Source: Anaerolineales bacterium
GTDB lineage: Bacteria; Chloroflexota; Anaerolineae; Anaerolineales; Villigracilaceae
Assembly (NCBI GenBank): GCA_034434255.1
Contig: DAOTZT010000109.1
Coordinates: 1-50,445, forward strand
Direction of reading: 5' to 3'
Length of the DNA stretch: 50,445 bases
Shown: positions 18,017-27,174 of the stretch, piece by piece
How positions within the stretch are numbered: position 1 is the stretch's first letter
How the letters are laid out: every line of letters begins with the position of its first letter
Position numbers and translations under genes: made by a program
Notes under the pieces: model-generated
Seen by the model: the letters and a program-made list of their open reading frames with translations, nothing else
What the model was told of the DNA's origin: nothing
Database searches by the model: none

Positions 18017-18901
18017 TCACCCATCACTATCCCCCTCCTCCGCCTTGCGCATCGCCTGGAAAGCGGCAATCGCCACTTCCAGCATTTTCTCGTCGGGCTC
18101 GCGAGTCGTCAGGCCCTGCAGGGCCAGGCCAGGGGCCGCCAGCGCCCGCACCAGGGGAGAATACATGTGATTTGATGTCCAGCGGATGTATTCATAGGCC
18201 AGTCCAGCCACTACCGGAATCAACAGCACGCGGCTGACCAGCCGCCAGGCCAGCGGCAAAGGCCCTAGCAGCGAGAACAGGATCAGGGAAAACACCACCA
18301 GGGTCAGCAAAAAGGCCGTCCCGCAGCGGGTGTGGACGACGGAAAAGTTCGCCACGGAGGCAGGCGTCAGGTCCGCGCCCGCTTCGTAGGCGTTGATGGT
18401 CTTGTGTTCGGCGCCGTGATAGGCAAAGACGCGGCGGATGTCCGGCAGAAACCCAATTCCCCACAGATACGCCAGGAGAAAAACGAGGCGGACGATACCC
18501 TCCAGCAAATTGCTCAGCCAGGGAGACCACTGCAGGTAGCGCTCGGTCAACCAGCCCACCCCCGCCGGGGTCAAGAAGAAGATGCCAATGGTGAGCAAAA
18601 AAGTCAGGGCGAGGGTGAGGTAGAGCGTGGGGCCTTCGATTTTTTCGTTCTCGCCGGTCTGCAAATTGGCAGCCTCAGTGAGAGCGCGCAGGCCCAAGAC
18701 GAGGGCATCCCAGAGCAAAATCAGGCCGCGCAGGAAGGGAATCTTCGCCAGTCTGGACTGGTAAATGCCCCCCAGGGGGATCATCCTGACGACAATCGAG
18801 CCATCGGGAGCGCGGTTTGCCATGGCGCAGGCCTTGCGGCCGCGCATGAGCACCCCTTCAATCACGGCCTGTCCGCCGTAGGCAATGAGTCGATCTTCCA
18901 T
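18017..18901 (-). CDS. DUF1385 domain membrane protein (YqhQ-like)
   Basis: Contains YGGQAVIEGVLMRG and AYHGAEHKTINAYE. Confidence 0.85.
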   Translation of the reverse strand: MEDRLIAYGGQAVIEGVLMRGRKACAMANRAPDGSIVVRMIPLGGIYQSRLAKIPFLRGLILLWDALVLGLRALTEAANLQTGENEKIEGPTLYLTLALTFLLTIGIFFLTPAGVGWLTERYLQWSPWLSNLLEGIVRLVFLLAYLWGIGFLPDIRRVFAYHGAEHKTINAYEAGADLTPASVANFSVVHTRCGTAFLLTLVVFSLILFSLLGPLPLAWRLVSRVLLIPVVAGLAYEYIRWTSNHMYSPLVRALAAPGLALQGLTTREPDEKMLEVAIAAFQAMRKAEEGDSDG

Positions 18902-18966
18902 CCTGTTACCTGGCAGCCTCGCAAACTGGCATCAAACCCGCATCTGTATGCATCGGCGTCTCAGCA

Positions 18967-20343
18967 CTAGGGCTGGAGATTGAGAAAGAAATGCACCAGC
19001 GCCTCAATGCCCTTGTACCAGGTGGGCAGGTGCAGTTTTTCGTTCGGGGCGTGGAAATTGTCGTCGGGTAGCCCAAAACCACCGATGACGGACTCAACGC
19101 CCAGCAAGTCCTGCATCGTCGCCACAACCGGGATGGAGCCGCCCTCGCGTTTGAAGTAGGGGCGCACGCCCCAGACCGTCTCGAGGGCGCTGGCATACGC
19201 CCGCACACCAGGGTTGTCGCGGTCGGAAATGGACGGGTTGCCGCCGTGCATTTCAATGAGTTCCCAGCGCACGGTCTTGGGCGCTTTTTCTTCCAGGTAA
19301 CGTTTCATCTGCTCATAGACTTCGTGCGGTCTCTGATCGGGGACAAGGCGGCAAGAGATTTTAGCCATCGCCGAGGCCGGGATAATGGTCTTGGGGCCAG
19401 AGGCGGTGAAGCCAGAGAGCATCCCGTTCACATCCAGGCTCGGACGTGCGCCGGTGCGCTCATTGGGCGTATAGCCCTCCTCCCCAAACAAGGCCGGTGC
19501 CCCGCTCTTCTCCAGGTAATACTGCTCATCAGCGGGAATGCGGGCCAGTTCTGCCCGTTCCTCCGGCGTGAGTTCGCGCACCCTGTCATAAAAGCCAGGC
19601 AGGGTGATCCGTCCTTTGGAATCGTGCATCCCCGCGATCAACTCTGCCAGGACGATTGCCGGATTGTGGACAACGCCGCCAAAAATGCCCGAGTGCAGGT
19701 CGTTCGGCGGACCGAAGACGCGCAGTTCAAAATAAGCCAGCCCACGCAGGGCATAGGTGATGGTCGGCGCGTCTTTGCCAATCATTCCTGCGTCTGGGTT
19801 GAAGGCAAAATCGCAAGCCAGCAGGTCCTTGTGACTGGCGATGAAGTCGGCCAGGCTGGGGGAACCGACCTCCTCCTCGCCCTCGATCAGCCACTTGAGA
19901 TTAACCGGGATGCCGCCAGTAGCGCGTAATGCTTCCACTGCACTTATCACAGCCAGAATCTGTCCCTTCATGTCCGAAACACCGCGGGCATAGAGATTTT
20001 CGCCGCGCGTCGTCGGTTCGAAGGGGCCGCTCTTCCACAGGCTGAGCGGATCCGCCGGTTGAACATCGTAATGGCCGTAAATCAACACCGTCGGCGCACC
20101 GGGTACCCCCAGATACTCCCCATAGAGAATAGGATGGTGGGCAGTGGGAAAAATCTGAACTTTCTGCATCCCCACCGCGCGCAACTGATTCACCAGCCAC
20201 TCAGCAGCCTGGCGCATATCTGCGCCGTGCGCCGGATCTGCCGAAATCGAGGGAATGCGGACCACCTCTTTCAATATGCTGAGAAACTTTTCTTTGTTCT
20301 TACGCACATATTTGATGGCGACATCACGTTGTTGAGAAGACAT
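18967..20343 (-). CDS. M20-family dipeptidase
   Basis: 458 aa with GHYDVQPADP, RGVSDMKGQ and IEGEEEVGS metal and catalytic motifs. Confidence 0.88.
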   Translation of the reverse strand: MSSQQRDVAIKYVRKNKEKFLSILKEVVRIPSISADPAHGADMRQAAEWLVNQLRAVGMQKVQIFPTAHHPILYGEYLGVPGAPTVLIYGHYDVQPADPLSLWKSGPFEPTTRGENLYARGVSDMKGQILAVISAVEALRATGGIPVNLKWLIEGEEEVGSPSLADFIASHKDLLACDFAFNPDAGMIGKDAPTITYALRGLAYFELRVFGPPNDLHSGIFGGVVHNPAIVLAELIAGMHDSKGRITLPGFYDRVRELTPEERAELARIPADEQYYLEKSGAPALFGEEGYTPNERTGARPSLDVNGMLSGFTASGPKTIIPASAMAKISCRLVPDQRPHEVYEQMKRYLEEKAPKTVRWELIEMHGGNPSISDRDNPGVRAYASALETVWGVRPYFKREGGSIPVVATMQDLLGVESVIGGFGLPDDNFHAPNEKLHLPTWYKGIEALVHFFLNLQP

Positions 20344-20400
20344 ACAGGCTCCTTCTTTGCAAGTGCAGTGGATTGCAGACTGGGCAATACGATTGCCAGA

Positions 20401-20952
20401 TCAAGATTTTAACTTTCCATACAGGAACCAGAACTCATCAGCGGGAAACGCCGGGGCAAGCACGGCTTCCCACACGAACGAATCGGGAACCCAAAACAGT
20501 TTCAGCAAGGCGTCAAACTCCTCCACCGAGCGTCTTTCCGGCAGAGAAGGGGGCAATTCTTTGAGCAAAAGGTGCAGGAGGACTCGCCACTGAACCTGTC
20601 GCGGGAATTCTGGGCCAAACGTTTCAGGTGACTGACGATAGTCCTCGAGAAAATTCTTCCACAAATCGAGGCGGGCGCGGACCTCGCGCCGGCACTTCGT
20701 TTCCCAGGCCGAGCGCCAACGGTGGCGGGCGACCTCCAGCCGGTTGCGGGCATCGGTCAACTGCGCTGCCTGCCTCTCATCCAGTTCCCTGGCCTGTAAA
20801 CGCCGTTCTGCCAGCAGCAGGCCGCCAATCGTCAGCCGTGGCAGCGACCCGGCACCGCTAAGCGGCCAGTAGAGTTCCGCCGAGAGAAGATACTTCTCTA
20901 CTTCCTCCACTCCGGAGAGTAAAAAGGCCAGGTCCTGAGCAGCAGTGGGCAT
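20401..20952 (-). CDS. Hypothetical protein (183 aa, helical, Arg/Leu/Glu-rich)
   Basis: Intact ORF starting 3 nt after the binding-protein stop. I recognise no family. Confidence 0.55.
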   Translation of the reverse strand: MPTAAQDLAFLLSGVEEVEKYLLSAELYWPLSGAGSLPRLTIGGLLLAERRLQARELDERQAAQLTDARNRLEVARHRWRSAWETKCRREVRARLDLWKNFLEDYRQSPETFGPEFPRQVQWRVLLHLLLKELPPSLPERRSVEEFDALLKLFWVPDSFVWEAVLAPAFPADEFWFLYGKLKS

Positions 20953-20955
20953 AGA

Positions 20956-22641
20956 TCAGGGCTGAGATGTGGCCTGACGCGTCTCCTCGAGGGCGCGGCG
21001 GGTTACCAGGTACCACGAGGAAACGGTGTTGAAGCGGTCGGCCGGTTCGAACAACGGAGCGGCCTGCACCCCCAGCACGCGCTCATCCACTGCGTACGTA
21101 TAGACCGGGAAAAAGAGCGGCAGGGCTGGCAATTCACGGGCAAAGATGACCTGAAAATTACGATACAAGCGCATGCGGGTATCGGGATCGGCAATCACCC
21201 GCGCCTGTTCGATGTATTCGCTGGCAGAGCGGTTATCCCACATGGAATAATTTTGTCCGTCTGCCGCCTCGGCCTGATGCCAGAACGGGTAAGGATCGGG
21301 GTCATAGGAACGGCTCAAGTCCAGGTCAACCAGGGCAGCCTGATACGTGCGCGGGGTGAGATAGTCATTGAGCAGGGACGAATAAGGCACAGCCTGCAAT
21401 TTGGCCTCGACGCCAATCGCAGCCCAGTTTTCCTGAATGGTTTGCGCCAACTGGCGGTGGAAGTCGGTATCTGGATACAGCAGGGTAAACGAAAGCGGCC
21501 CATCCTCGTTGGCGCGCACGGTGCTATTTGAAGGCAAGAGATACCCTTCTGCTTTCAGCAGTTCCTCGGCTGCGGTCGGGTCAAAAGGCACGCGCGGCAC
21601 ACCGCTGTAATAGGCCCAGGTATCGGGCAGGATGGGCGCGTCCGCCAGAATGGCCTGTCCCTGGAGGAGATGATCAATCATCCACTGACGATTGAGCGCC
21701 ATCAACAAGGCGCGGCGGACGTTTTTCTGTTGGAAGAAGGGGACCTCCTCGTTCTGAAGATTGAACAGAACCAGACTCAGCCGCGGACTGCGGCTGGAGT
21801 AAAACGCCAGGCCCGGCTCCTGCAGCGCTCCCTGCAAGATGTCGCTGGTAATCTGGCCGATTCCCAGCACTTCCCCATTCTGGTAAGCCGCTAAGGCAGA
21901 GGGGCCATCCGGATAGTAGCGGAAGACGAACTGCTCGATATAGGGCACCGCGTCGTAATACTGCTCAAAACGGGTCAACACCACCCCCGTCACCTGACCG
22001 TTCTCGACCAGCAAACGGTCAAAGCGGTAGGGGCCGCTTCCAACCGGCGCCAGGTTGAACTCAGCCACGCCGATCTGGTCAGCGGGGACCGTCTCGAGCA
22101 GATGTTTGGGCAAGACGCCAAACGTCAAATACTCCAGGAAGGGGACGAACGGCTCCGGGATGGTGAACTTGATGTTGCGTTCATCGAGGCGGGTAATTTC
22201 AACCGCATCCCACAAGGCGCGCACATCGTCCGAATACGCCGAGAATTGACTGCGCAGCAGATTGAGGGTGAACAGGACATCATCGCTGGTGACTGGAACC
22301 CCGTCATGCCAGACCGCGTTCGGGCGCAAGGTGATGTTGTAGATGGTGCCATCAGCAGAAACGCCCCACGACTCAACCAGGTCTGGCTGAGGCATACCGT
22401 TCGAATCGAAGCGGAACAAACTGCTGAAAATCAGGCGATCGACATCGCGGTCAGGGGCATTGCTCAAGTCAAAGAGCGGGTTGAGTCGGCCAAAAGAGCC
22501 AATCAGCGCCTCAGTATAAATCCCCCCGCTAGACGGTTCCATCGTCGCAGGCGTCAAAGACGGCTGTTGGGTAAGCAACAAAACGGTCACGATAATGAAG
22601 GTGACCGCAACAATCAGAATCTGCCAGCGGAGTTTTTTCAT
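20956..22641 (-). CDS. ABC transporter substrate-binding protein, family 5 (peptide/nickel type)
   Basis: 561 aa with an N-terminal signal/anchor MKKLRWQILIVAVTFIIV and OppA/DppA-like size and blocks. No permease or ATPase genes are adjacent. Confidence 0.85.
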   Translation of the reverse strand: MKKLRWQILIVAVTFIIVTVLLLTQQPSLTPATMEPSSGGIYTEALIGSFGRLNPLFDLSNAPDRDVDRLIFSSLFRFDSNGMPQPDLVESWGVSADGTIYNITLRPNAVWHDGVPVTSDDVLFTLNLLRSQFSAYSDDVRALWDAVEITRLDERNIKFTIPEPFVPFLEYLTFGVLPKHLLETVPADQIGVAEFNLAPVGSGPYRFDRLLVENGQVTGVVLTRFEQYYDAVPYIEQFVFRYYPDGPSALAAYQNGEVLGIGQITSDILQGALQEPGLAFYSSRSPRLSLVLFNLQNEEVPFFQQKNVRRALLMALNRQWMIDHLLQGQAILADAPILPDTWAYYSGVPRVPFDPTAAEELLKAEGYLLPSNSTVRANEDGPLSFTLLYPDTDFHRQLAQTIQENWAAIGVEAKLQAVPYSSLLNDYLTPRTYQAALVDLDLSRSYDPDPYPFWHQAEAADGQNYSMWDNRSASEYIEQARVIADPDTRMRLYRNFQVIFARELPALPLFFPVYTYAVDERVLGVQAAPLFEPADRFNTVSSWYLVTRRALEETRQATSQP

Positions 22642-22652
22642 AAGAGAATCAA

Positions 22653-22696
22653 GAAAGGCCGTTCACCGGCTAGAGGGACAACCGGCATGGCCTTTC
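22653..22696 (-). terminator. Possible secG terminator hairpin
   Basis: gaaaggcc (22653-22660) / ggcctttc (22689-22696) with a long internal loop and a T-rich tail on the minus strand. Confidence 0.3.
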
Positions 22697-22705
22697 ATCA
22701 AAAAA

Positions 22706-22933
22706 TCAGCGGGCGGCCAGGATGATTGAAGCAATCGCCAGGCCGAAGAAGACCACACTGAAGACGATGGTGATGCGGAAGAGCGTCCTCTCAATGCCGC
22801 GCCGGGCTGTGAATACGCCTCCGCTATCGGAACCAGAAAGGCCACCCAAACCTGCACCCTTGCTTTGCAGGATAATGCTGGCAATCAAAGCGATTGATGT
22901 TAAAATCAACCCGATATTCAAAAAAGTTTCCAT
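22706..22933 (-). CDS. secG: Preprotein translocase subunit SecG
   Basis: 75 aa with two TM helices and ILQSKGAGLGGLSG. SD GGAGG precedes the start. Confidence 0.85.
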   Translation of the reverse strand: METFLNIGLILTSIALIASIILQSKGAGLGGLSGSDSGGVFTARRGIERTLFRITIVFSVVFFGLAIASIILAAR

Positions 22934-22962
22934 TTACTTCCTCCAGAATTTTTAGCCGCCAA

Positions 22963-22992
22963 ATTATACCTGCGAAGCGAGGAAACCGTCAA
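22963..22992 (-). promoter_or_regulatory. sigma70-like promoter of secG
   Basis: Minus strand reads TTGACG (22987-22992), 18 nt, TATAAT (22963-22968). Confidence 0.5.
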
Positions 22993-23030
22993 ACCGTTTC
23001 TTGCTCATCGCCTTTGACAAAAGGACTGCC

Positions 23031-24092
23031 ATGCACGAACTCACCGTCAACCTTCACATGCACACCGTCTATTCGGATGGCTCAGGCACCCATGCAGACC
23101 TGGCGCGTGCTGCCCTGAAAACGGGCGTGGATGTGCTCCTCGTCACCGACCACAATGTCTGGGTCGAGGGCATGGACCGTTACTACCGCGAGGGACGGCA
23201 ACGCGTCCTGCTATTGTGCGGAGAAGAAATCCACGACCAGGACCGCGACCCGCAGAAAAATCACCTGCTGGTATTGGGCGCCCGCCGCGAACTCGCCCCA
23301 CTGGCCGATGACCCACAGGCATTGATCCAGGCTGTCAACGCCGCCGGGGGCATTTGCTTTATCGCCCACCCGGTGGACCCCGCTCTGCCCGCCTTTGGCG
23401 AAGACGACATTTCCTGGGTCAACTGGGAAGTGCGCGGCTTTACCGGCATCGAACTCTGGAACGGATTCAGCGAACTCAAAAGCGTGGTGCGCGGCAAAGC
23501 AGACGGCGTCTTCTACGCCTACTTCCCTGAGGCCATCGCCCGCGGCCCGCTCCCCGCGACGCTTGCCCTGTGGGACCGGCTGCTGGCCAGTGGACAGAGA
23601 ACGGTGGCGGTGGGCGGCTCGGATGCGCACGCCCGGCCCATGTCTCTGGGCCCGTTGCGGCGAACGGTGTTCCCCTACGAATATCATTTCTCGGCCGTCA
23701 ATACTCATCTGCTCGTTCCCACGCCGCTGCTGGGCGACGTGGAGCGCGATAGCCAGATGATTTACACCGCGCTGGCAAAGGGCCACTGCTTTGTCGGCTA
23801 TGACCTGCCCGCCCCGACGCGCGGTTTCCGCTTCACCGCCCAGGGGAAGGAACAAAACGCCATCATGGGAGATGAAATCAAAGCAGAAGACGCCCTCACC
23901 TTACAGGTTCTCCTGCCAGCCCCGGCGCACCAGATCCGCTTGTTGAAGGACGGGAAAGTCATCCGTCAGAGACGCGGCCATGCGCTGACGCACATCACCG
24001 ACGAACCGGGCGTTTATCGGGTGGAGGCCTATCGGCACTTTCTTGGGCGGCTGCGCGGCTGGATTTTCAGCAATCCTATTTATGTCCGCTGA
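23031..24092 (+). CDS. PHP-domain metallohydrolase (CehA/McbA-like)
   Basis: Begins MHELTVNLHMHTVYSDGSG and contains LVTDHN. ATG 23031 follows AAAGGA; the TTG at 23001 was rejected. Confidence 0.8.
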   Translation: MHELTVNLHMHTVYSDGSGTHADLARAALKTGVDVLLVTDHNVWVEGMDRYYREGRQRVLLLCGEEIHDQDRDPQKNHLLVLGARRELAPLADDPQALIQAVNAAGGICFIAHPVDPALPAFGEDDISWVNWEVRGFTGIELWNGFSELKSVVRGKADGVFYAYFPEAIARGPLPATLALWDRLLASGQRTVAVGGSDAHARPMSLGPLRRTVFPYEYHFSAVNTHLLVPTPLLGDVERDSQMIYTALAKGHCFVGYDLPAPTRGFRFTAQGKEQNAIMGDEIKAEDALTLQVLLPAPAHQIRLLKDGKVIRQRRGHALTHITDEPGVYRVEAYRHFLGRLRGWIFSNPIYVR

Positions 24093-24154
24093 GAAGCAGA
24101 GAGAACAGAAAACGCGATTCCGGGAGAGCGCCAAAAACATCCCCACGATAATCA

Positions 24155-24247
24155 GTGTCCATCTGTGTCCATCTGTGTTCATCTGTGTTCATCTGTGTTC
24201 ATGTGTGTCCATCTGTGTCCATCTGTGTTCATCTGTGTTCATCTGTG
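24155..24247 (+). repeat. Tandem decamer GTGTYCATCT x9.3
   Basis: Units read directly, with one variant (gtgttcatgt). Located between the PHP gene stop and rpsF. Confidence 0.9.
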
Positions 24248-24420
24248 GCTGAAGTCCCCCTTGATCTCCGTTGATCTGCGGTCCGCCCTCCCCAAAATCA
24301 CCTTTTTGGCGTAAAATACCGCTCGTTTGCGTCGCGCCCGTGCGCGCGGCGCCCTTCCGCCCCCGGCTTCACCCACGGTGTTGACCGGGAGCATATCCCA
24401 AGGAAAGGAGGTCAATCCCA

Positions 24421-24705
24421 ATGCGTAAATACGAGTTAGTGTGCATCGTCCACCCTGACCAGGATGAGGCCGCGTTTAACGGCATCATCGAGAAAATCAA
24501 GGGCTGGGTCGTCGAAGCCGGCGGCAGCGTGGATAAAGTGGATGTTTGGGGCCGCAAACCTCTGGCCTACAAAATCCGCAAGCAGAAAGAAGGCCAGTAC
24601 GTGCTCTTCAACATCACGCTCCCGGCAGCAGCCGCTCCTGCACTCGACCAGAATCTGCATTACCTGGAAACGGTCATCCGCTACATGCTCATCGTGGTTG
24701 ACTAA
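24421..24705 (+). CDS. rpsF: 30S ribosomal protein S6
   Basis: Begins MRKYELVCIVHPD and contains WGRKPLAYKIRK. SD AAAGGAGG precedes the start. Confidence 0.93.
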   Translation: MRKYELVCIVHPDQDEAAFNGIIEKIKGWVVEAGGSVDKVDVWGRKPLAYKIRKQKEGQYVLFNITLPAAAAPALDQNLHYLETVIRYMLIVVD

Positions 24706-24761
24706 ATAAAGGTGCATTTTCTCGAGAGCCTGGCAGGACAGGTAAGTTGTAGGAGAGTTCT

Positions 24762-25184
24762 ATGAGTCGAGGATTGAACAAAGTTATGCTGATTGGGAAC
24801 GTCGGACGAGAGCCCGAAATGCGCTACACGCCTTCTGGCCGTCCAGTGACCACATTTACCGTCGCGACCAGCCGTTCGTGGAGTAGCGCCGATGGCGAAC
24901 GTCATACCGAAACCGAATGGTTTAACATCGTTACCTGGGGCAACCTGGCCGAGATTTGCAAGCAATACCTTACCAAAGGGCAGCAAGTCTATCTGGAAGG
25001 TCGTCTGAAAACCCGCCGCTGGGAAGATAAAGAAGGTGTGAAACACACCACCGTGGAGGTCGTTGCCTCGGAAATGATGATGCTCGGCGAACGTCGCGAT
25101 GTCTCCAATCATGCAGCCCCGGTTGAAGAACCGCTCATCGAATCCGAAGAACAAGCCGAAGGGGAAGATGAATTTCCTTTCTAA
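24762..25184 (+). CDS. ssb: Single-stranded DNA-binding protein
   Basis: Begins MSRGLNKVMLIGNVGREPEMRYTPSG and has the acidic tail EDEFPF. Confidence 0.93.
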   Translation: MSRGLNKVMLIGNVGREPEMRYTPSGRPVTTFTVATSRSWSSADGERHTETEWFNIVTWGNLAEICKQYLTKGQQVYLEGRLKTRRWEDKEGVKHTTVEVVASEMMMLGERRDVSNHAAPVEEPLIESEEQAEGEDEFPF

Positions 25185-25242
25185 GGCTGTAGAAGTTCAA
25201 ATTGAATGACCATGTGTCATTCTGTTGTGGAGAAAGAATCCT

Positions 25243-25515
25243 ATGGAACAAATCAACGAACGAGACATGGAACAAGGACAGGAACACCATTACTACGCGC
25301 GTCCAAAAATCTGCCAGTTCTGTGCCGATAAACATTTGCCGATTGACTACAAGCAGGTTGACATCCTTCGCCGCTTCATCACCGAGGAAGGCAAAATTCG
25401 TCCGCGTCGCCAGACCGGCACCTGCGCCAAGCATCAACGGCGACTGGCCCTGGAGATCAAACGCGCCCGTCACATTGCGCTCCTCCCCTTCCATGATACA
25501 GGCGAAGACTATTAA
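25243..25515 (+). CDS. rpsR: 30S ribosomal protein S18
   Basis: Contains CQFCADK...[39 protein letters not shown] 25243 follows GGAGAAAG. Confidence 0.92.
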   Translation: MEQINERDMEQGQEHHYYARPKICQFCADKHLPIDYKQVDILRRFITEEGKIRPRRQTGTCAKHQRRLALEIKRARHIALLPFHDTGEDY

Positions 25516-25526
25516 TCCCCCAACAC

Positions 25527-25558
25527 GGGAATGACTTTTCATTCCCCATCAATTTTAT
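25527..25558 (+). terminator. Terminator-like hairpin after rpsR
   Basis: gggaatga (25527-25534) / tcattccc (25539-25546) with loop cttt. The downstream tail is T-rich (caattttatt). Confidence 0.5.
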
Positions 25559-25638
25559 TCCCCTGAACGATGGGCAGGCGCCCGATATGGTGCAGTTCGG
25601 CACAATCCAACGCCTGCCCGTCGTTCCATGAGGTCACT

Positions 25639-27012
25639 ATGGCGAACCGCAAGACTCCCAAAGTAATCAACAAGAAACACCAAGCCCGCCTGGCACGTGA
25701 GCGCAAGCAGGTACGCATTATCACCATCGCATCCATCGTCATCCTGGCTGTCGTCTTCCTGAGCATTCTGTATGGCATTCTGGATGCCACCGTCTTGCTC
25801 AACTACAAGCCCATCGTCAAGGTCAACGGCGAATCGGTAAGCGTGCACGAGTTTCAAGTCCGCGTGCGGGTGGCCCGCCAGGAGTTAATTGACAAGTTCA
25901 TGCAATACTACCAGTTGCTCTCCATGTTTGGCGGCGATCCCACGCAAGACACCACGCTGCTGCAAATCAGCCAACAACTCAACAACTCTACCGAACTGGG
26001 CTATCAGGTCCTGCAACAGATTGAAAACGAACTGCTCATCCGCCAGTACGCGCAGCAAAACGGCATTGTCATCAGCCCGGAAGAAGTAGACGAGGTGATT
26101 AAAAACACCTTCCGCTTCTACCCGAACGGGACCCCCACCCCCACCCTGACCAGCACGCCGGTTACATTTTCCACTCTTTCGGCGCTGCAACTGGACCTGG
26201 TCACGGCGACCCCCACGCTGACTCCCACCGTCACCCGTACCCCCGGTCCGACCCCCACGCAGGCGCCCACGCGTACCCCGGCGCCCACTGCCACTCCCAT
26301 GACCCAGGAAGGCTTCAACGAACTCTACCAAAAGGGCCTCGACTATTACGCCAAACTGGGCGTCACCGAGGAAATGTTCCGGCGCATCTTCTTTGAACAG
26401 AGTTTGTACGACGAACGCGTCAAAGCCCTGGTGACAGCCGATGTGCCCCACGAGGTCGAAAAAGTGTGGGCGCGTCATATCCTGGTTCAAGACGAAGAGA
26501 CCGCCAAGACGGTGCGCACGCTCCTGCTGGCCGGTGGAGATTTTTCCACCCTGGCCGCTGCCTACTCCATTGACCCGGCCGTCAAGACCAACAACGGCGA
26601 CCTGGGATGGTTTGGGCGAGGCGAAACTCAATGGGGAGAGAACTTTGAAACCGCCGCGTTCGGCCTGGAAATCGGCGCCATCAGCGAGCCAGTTGCCTCG
26701 GACTATGGCTATCACATCATCCAGGTCATCGGCCACGAGAACCGTCCTCTGACCGAGGAAGAATATCAAAATGCCGTGGATCAGGCCTTCAATGCCTGGC
26801 TGGAAGAGCAGCGGGCCGCGGCCACCATCGAAGAATTGCCCGGCTGGGAAAAGTACGTGCCCATCGAGCCGACCCTGCAACAAGCCTTCGACGACATGGC
26901 TGCCACCGAGACCGCTCTGGCTCCCACCTATGCCGCAGAACAACAAACTTACGAAGCACAACTGGCATTGACGCCGTCGGCCACTCCCCTGCCCCCCACC
27001 CCCACACCGTAA
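25639..27012 (+). CDS. Membrane-anchored PpiC/parvulin-type peptidyl-prolyl isomerase (SurA/PrsA-like)
   Basis: N-terminal TM helix IITIASIVILAVVFL, a Thr/Pro-rich linker, and a parvulin core ARHILV...GDLGWFGRG...GYHIIQV. ATG 25639 follows GAGG. Confidence 0.85.
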   Translation: MANRKTPKVINKKHQARLARERKQVRIITIASIVILAVVFLSILYGILDATVLLNYKPIVKVNGESVSVHEFQVRVRVARQELIDKFMQYYQLLSMFGGDPTQDTTLLQISQQLNNSTELGYQVLQQIENELLIRQYAQQNGIVISPEEVDEVIKNTFRFYPNGTPTPTLTSTPVTFSTLSALQLDLVTATPTLTPTVTRTPGPTPTQAPTRTPAPTATPMTQEGFNELYQKGLDYYAKLGVTEEMFRRIFFEQSLYDERVKALVTADVPHEVEKVWARHILVQDEETAKTVRTLLLAGGDFSTLAAAYSIDPAVKTNNGDLGWFGRGETQWGENFETAAFGLEIGAISEPVASDYGYHIIQVIGHENRPLTEEEYQNAVDQAFNAWLEEQRAAATIEELPGWEKYVPIEPTLQQAFDDMAATETALAPTYAAEQQTYEAQLALTPSATPLPPTPTP

Positions 27013-27017
27013 CAAAC

Positions 27018-27051
27018 AAAAACTCCCGGACACCACGCCGGGAGTTTTTTA
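27018..27051. terminator. Bidirectional Rho-independent terminator
   Basis: actcccgg (27022-27029) / ccgggagt (27038-27045), flanked by AAAAA upstream and TTTTTT downstream. Sits between the convergent PPIase gene and smc. Confidence 0.7.
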
Positions 27052-27063
27052 TTCGCATGATTT

Positions 27064-27140
27064 AGCCACAGATTACACAGATTACACAGATAAGCCACAG
27101 ATTACACAGATTACACAGATGAGCCACAGATTACACAGAT
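27064..27140 (+). repeat. Tandem CACAGATTA 9-mers in a ~29-bp higher-order unit (x2.7)
   Basis: agccacagattacacagattacacagat[a/g] repeated. The CACAGAT core is the reverse complement of the core of the 24155 array. Confidence 0.9.
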
Positions 27141-27174
27141 TTTGCCTCTTGTGGAAATTTTGGCTACCCGTGGC

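Noticed and set aside
24043-24252. 69-aa ORF translating the decamer array (…SVHLCPSVFICVHLCSCV…).
   Set aside because: The periodic peptide is simply the translation of the tandem repeat. There is no SD, and it overlaps the 3' end of the PHP gene.
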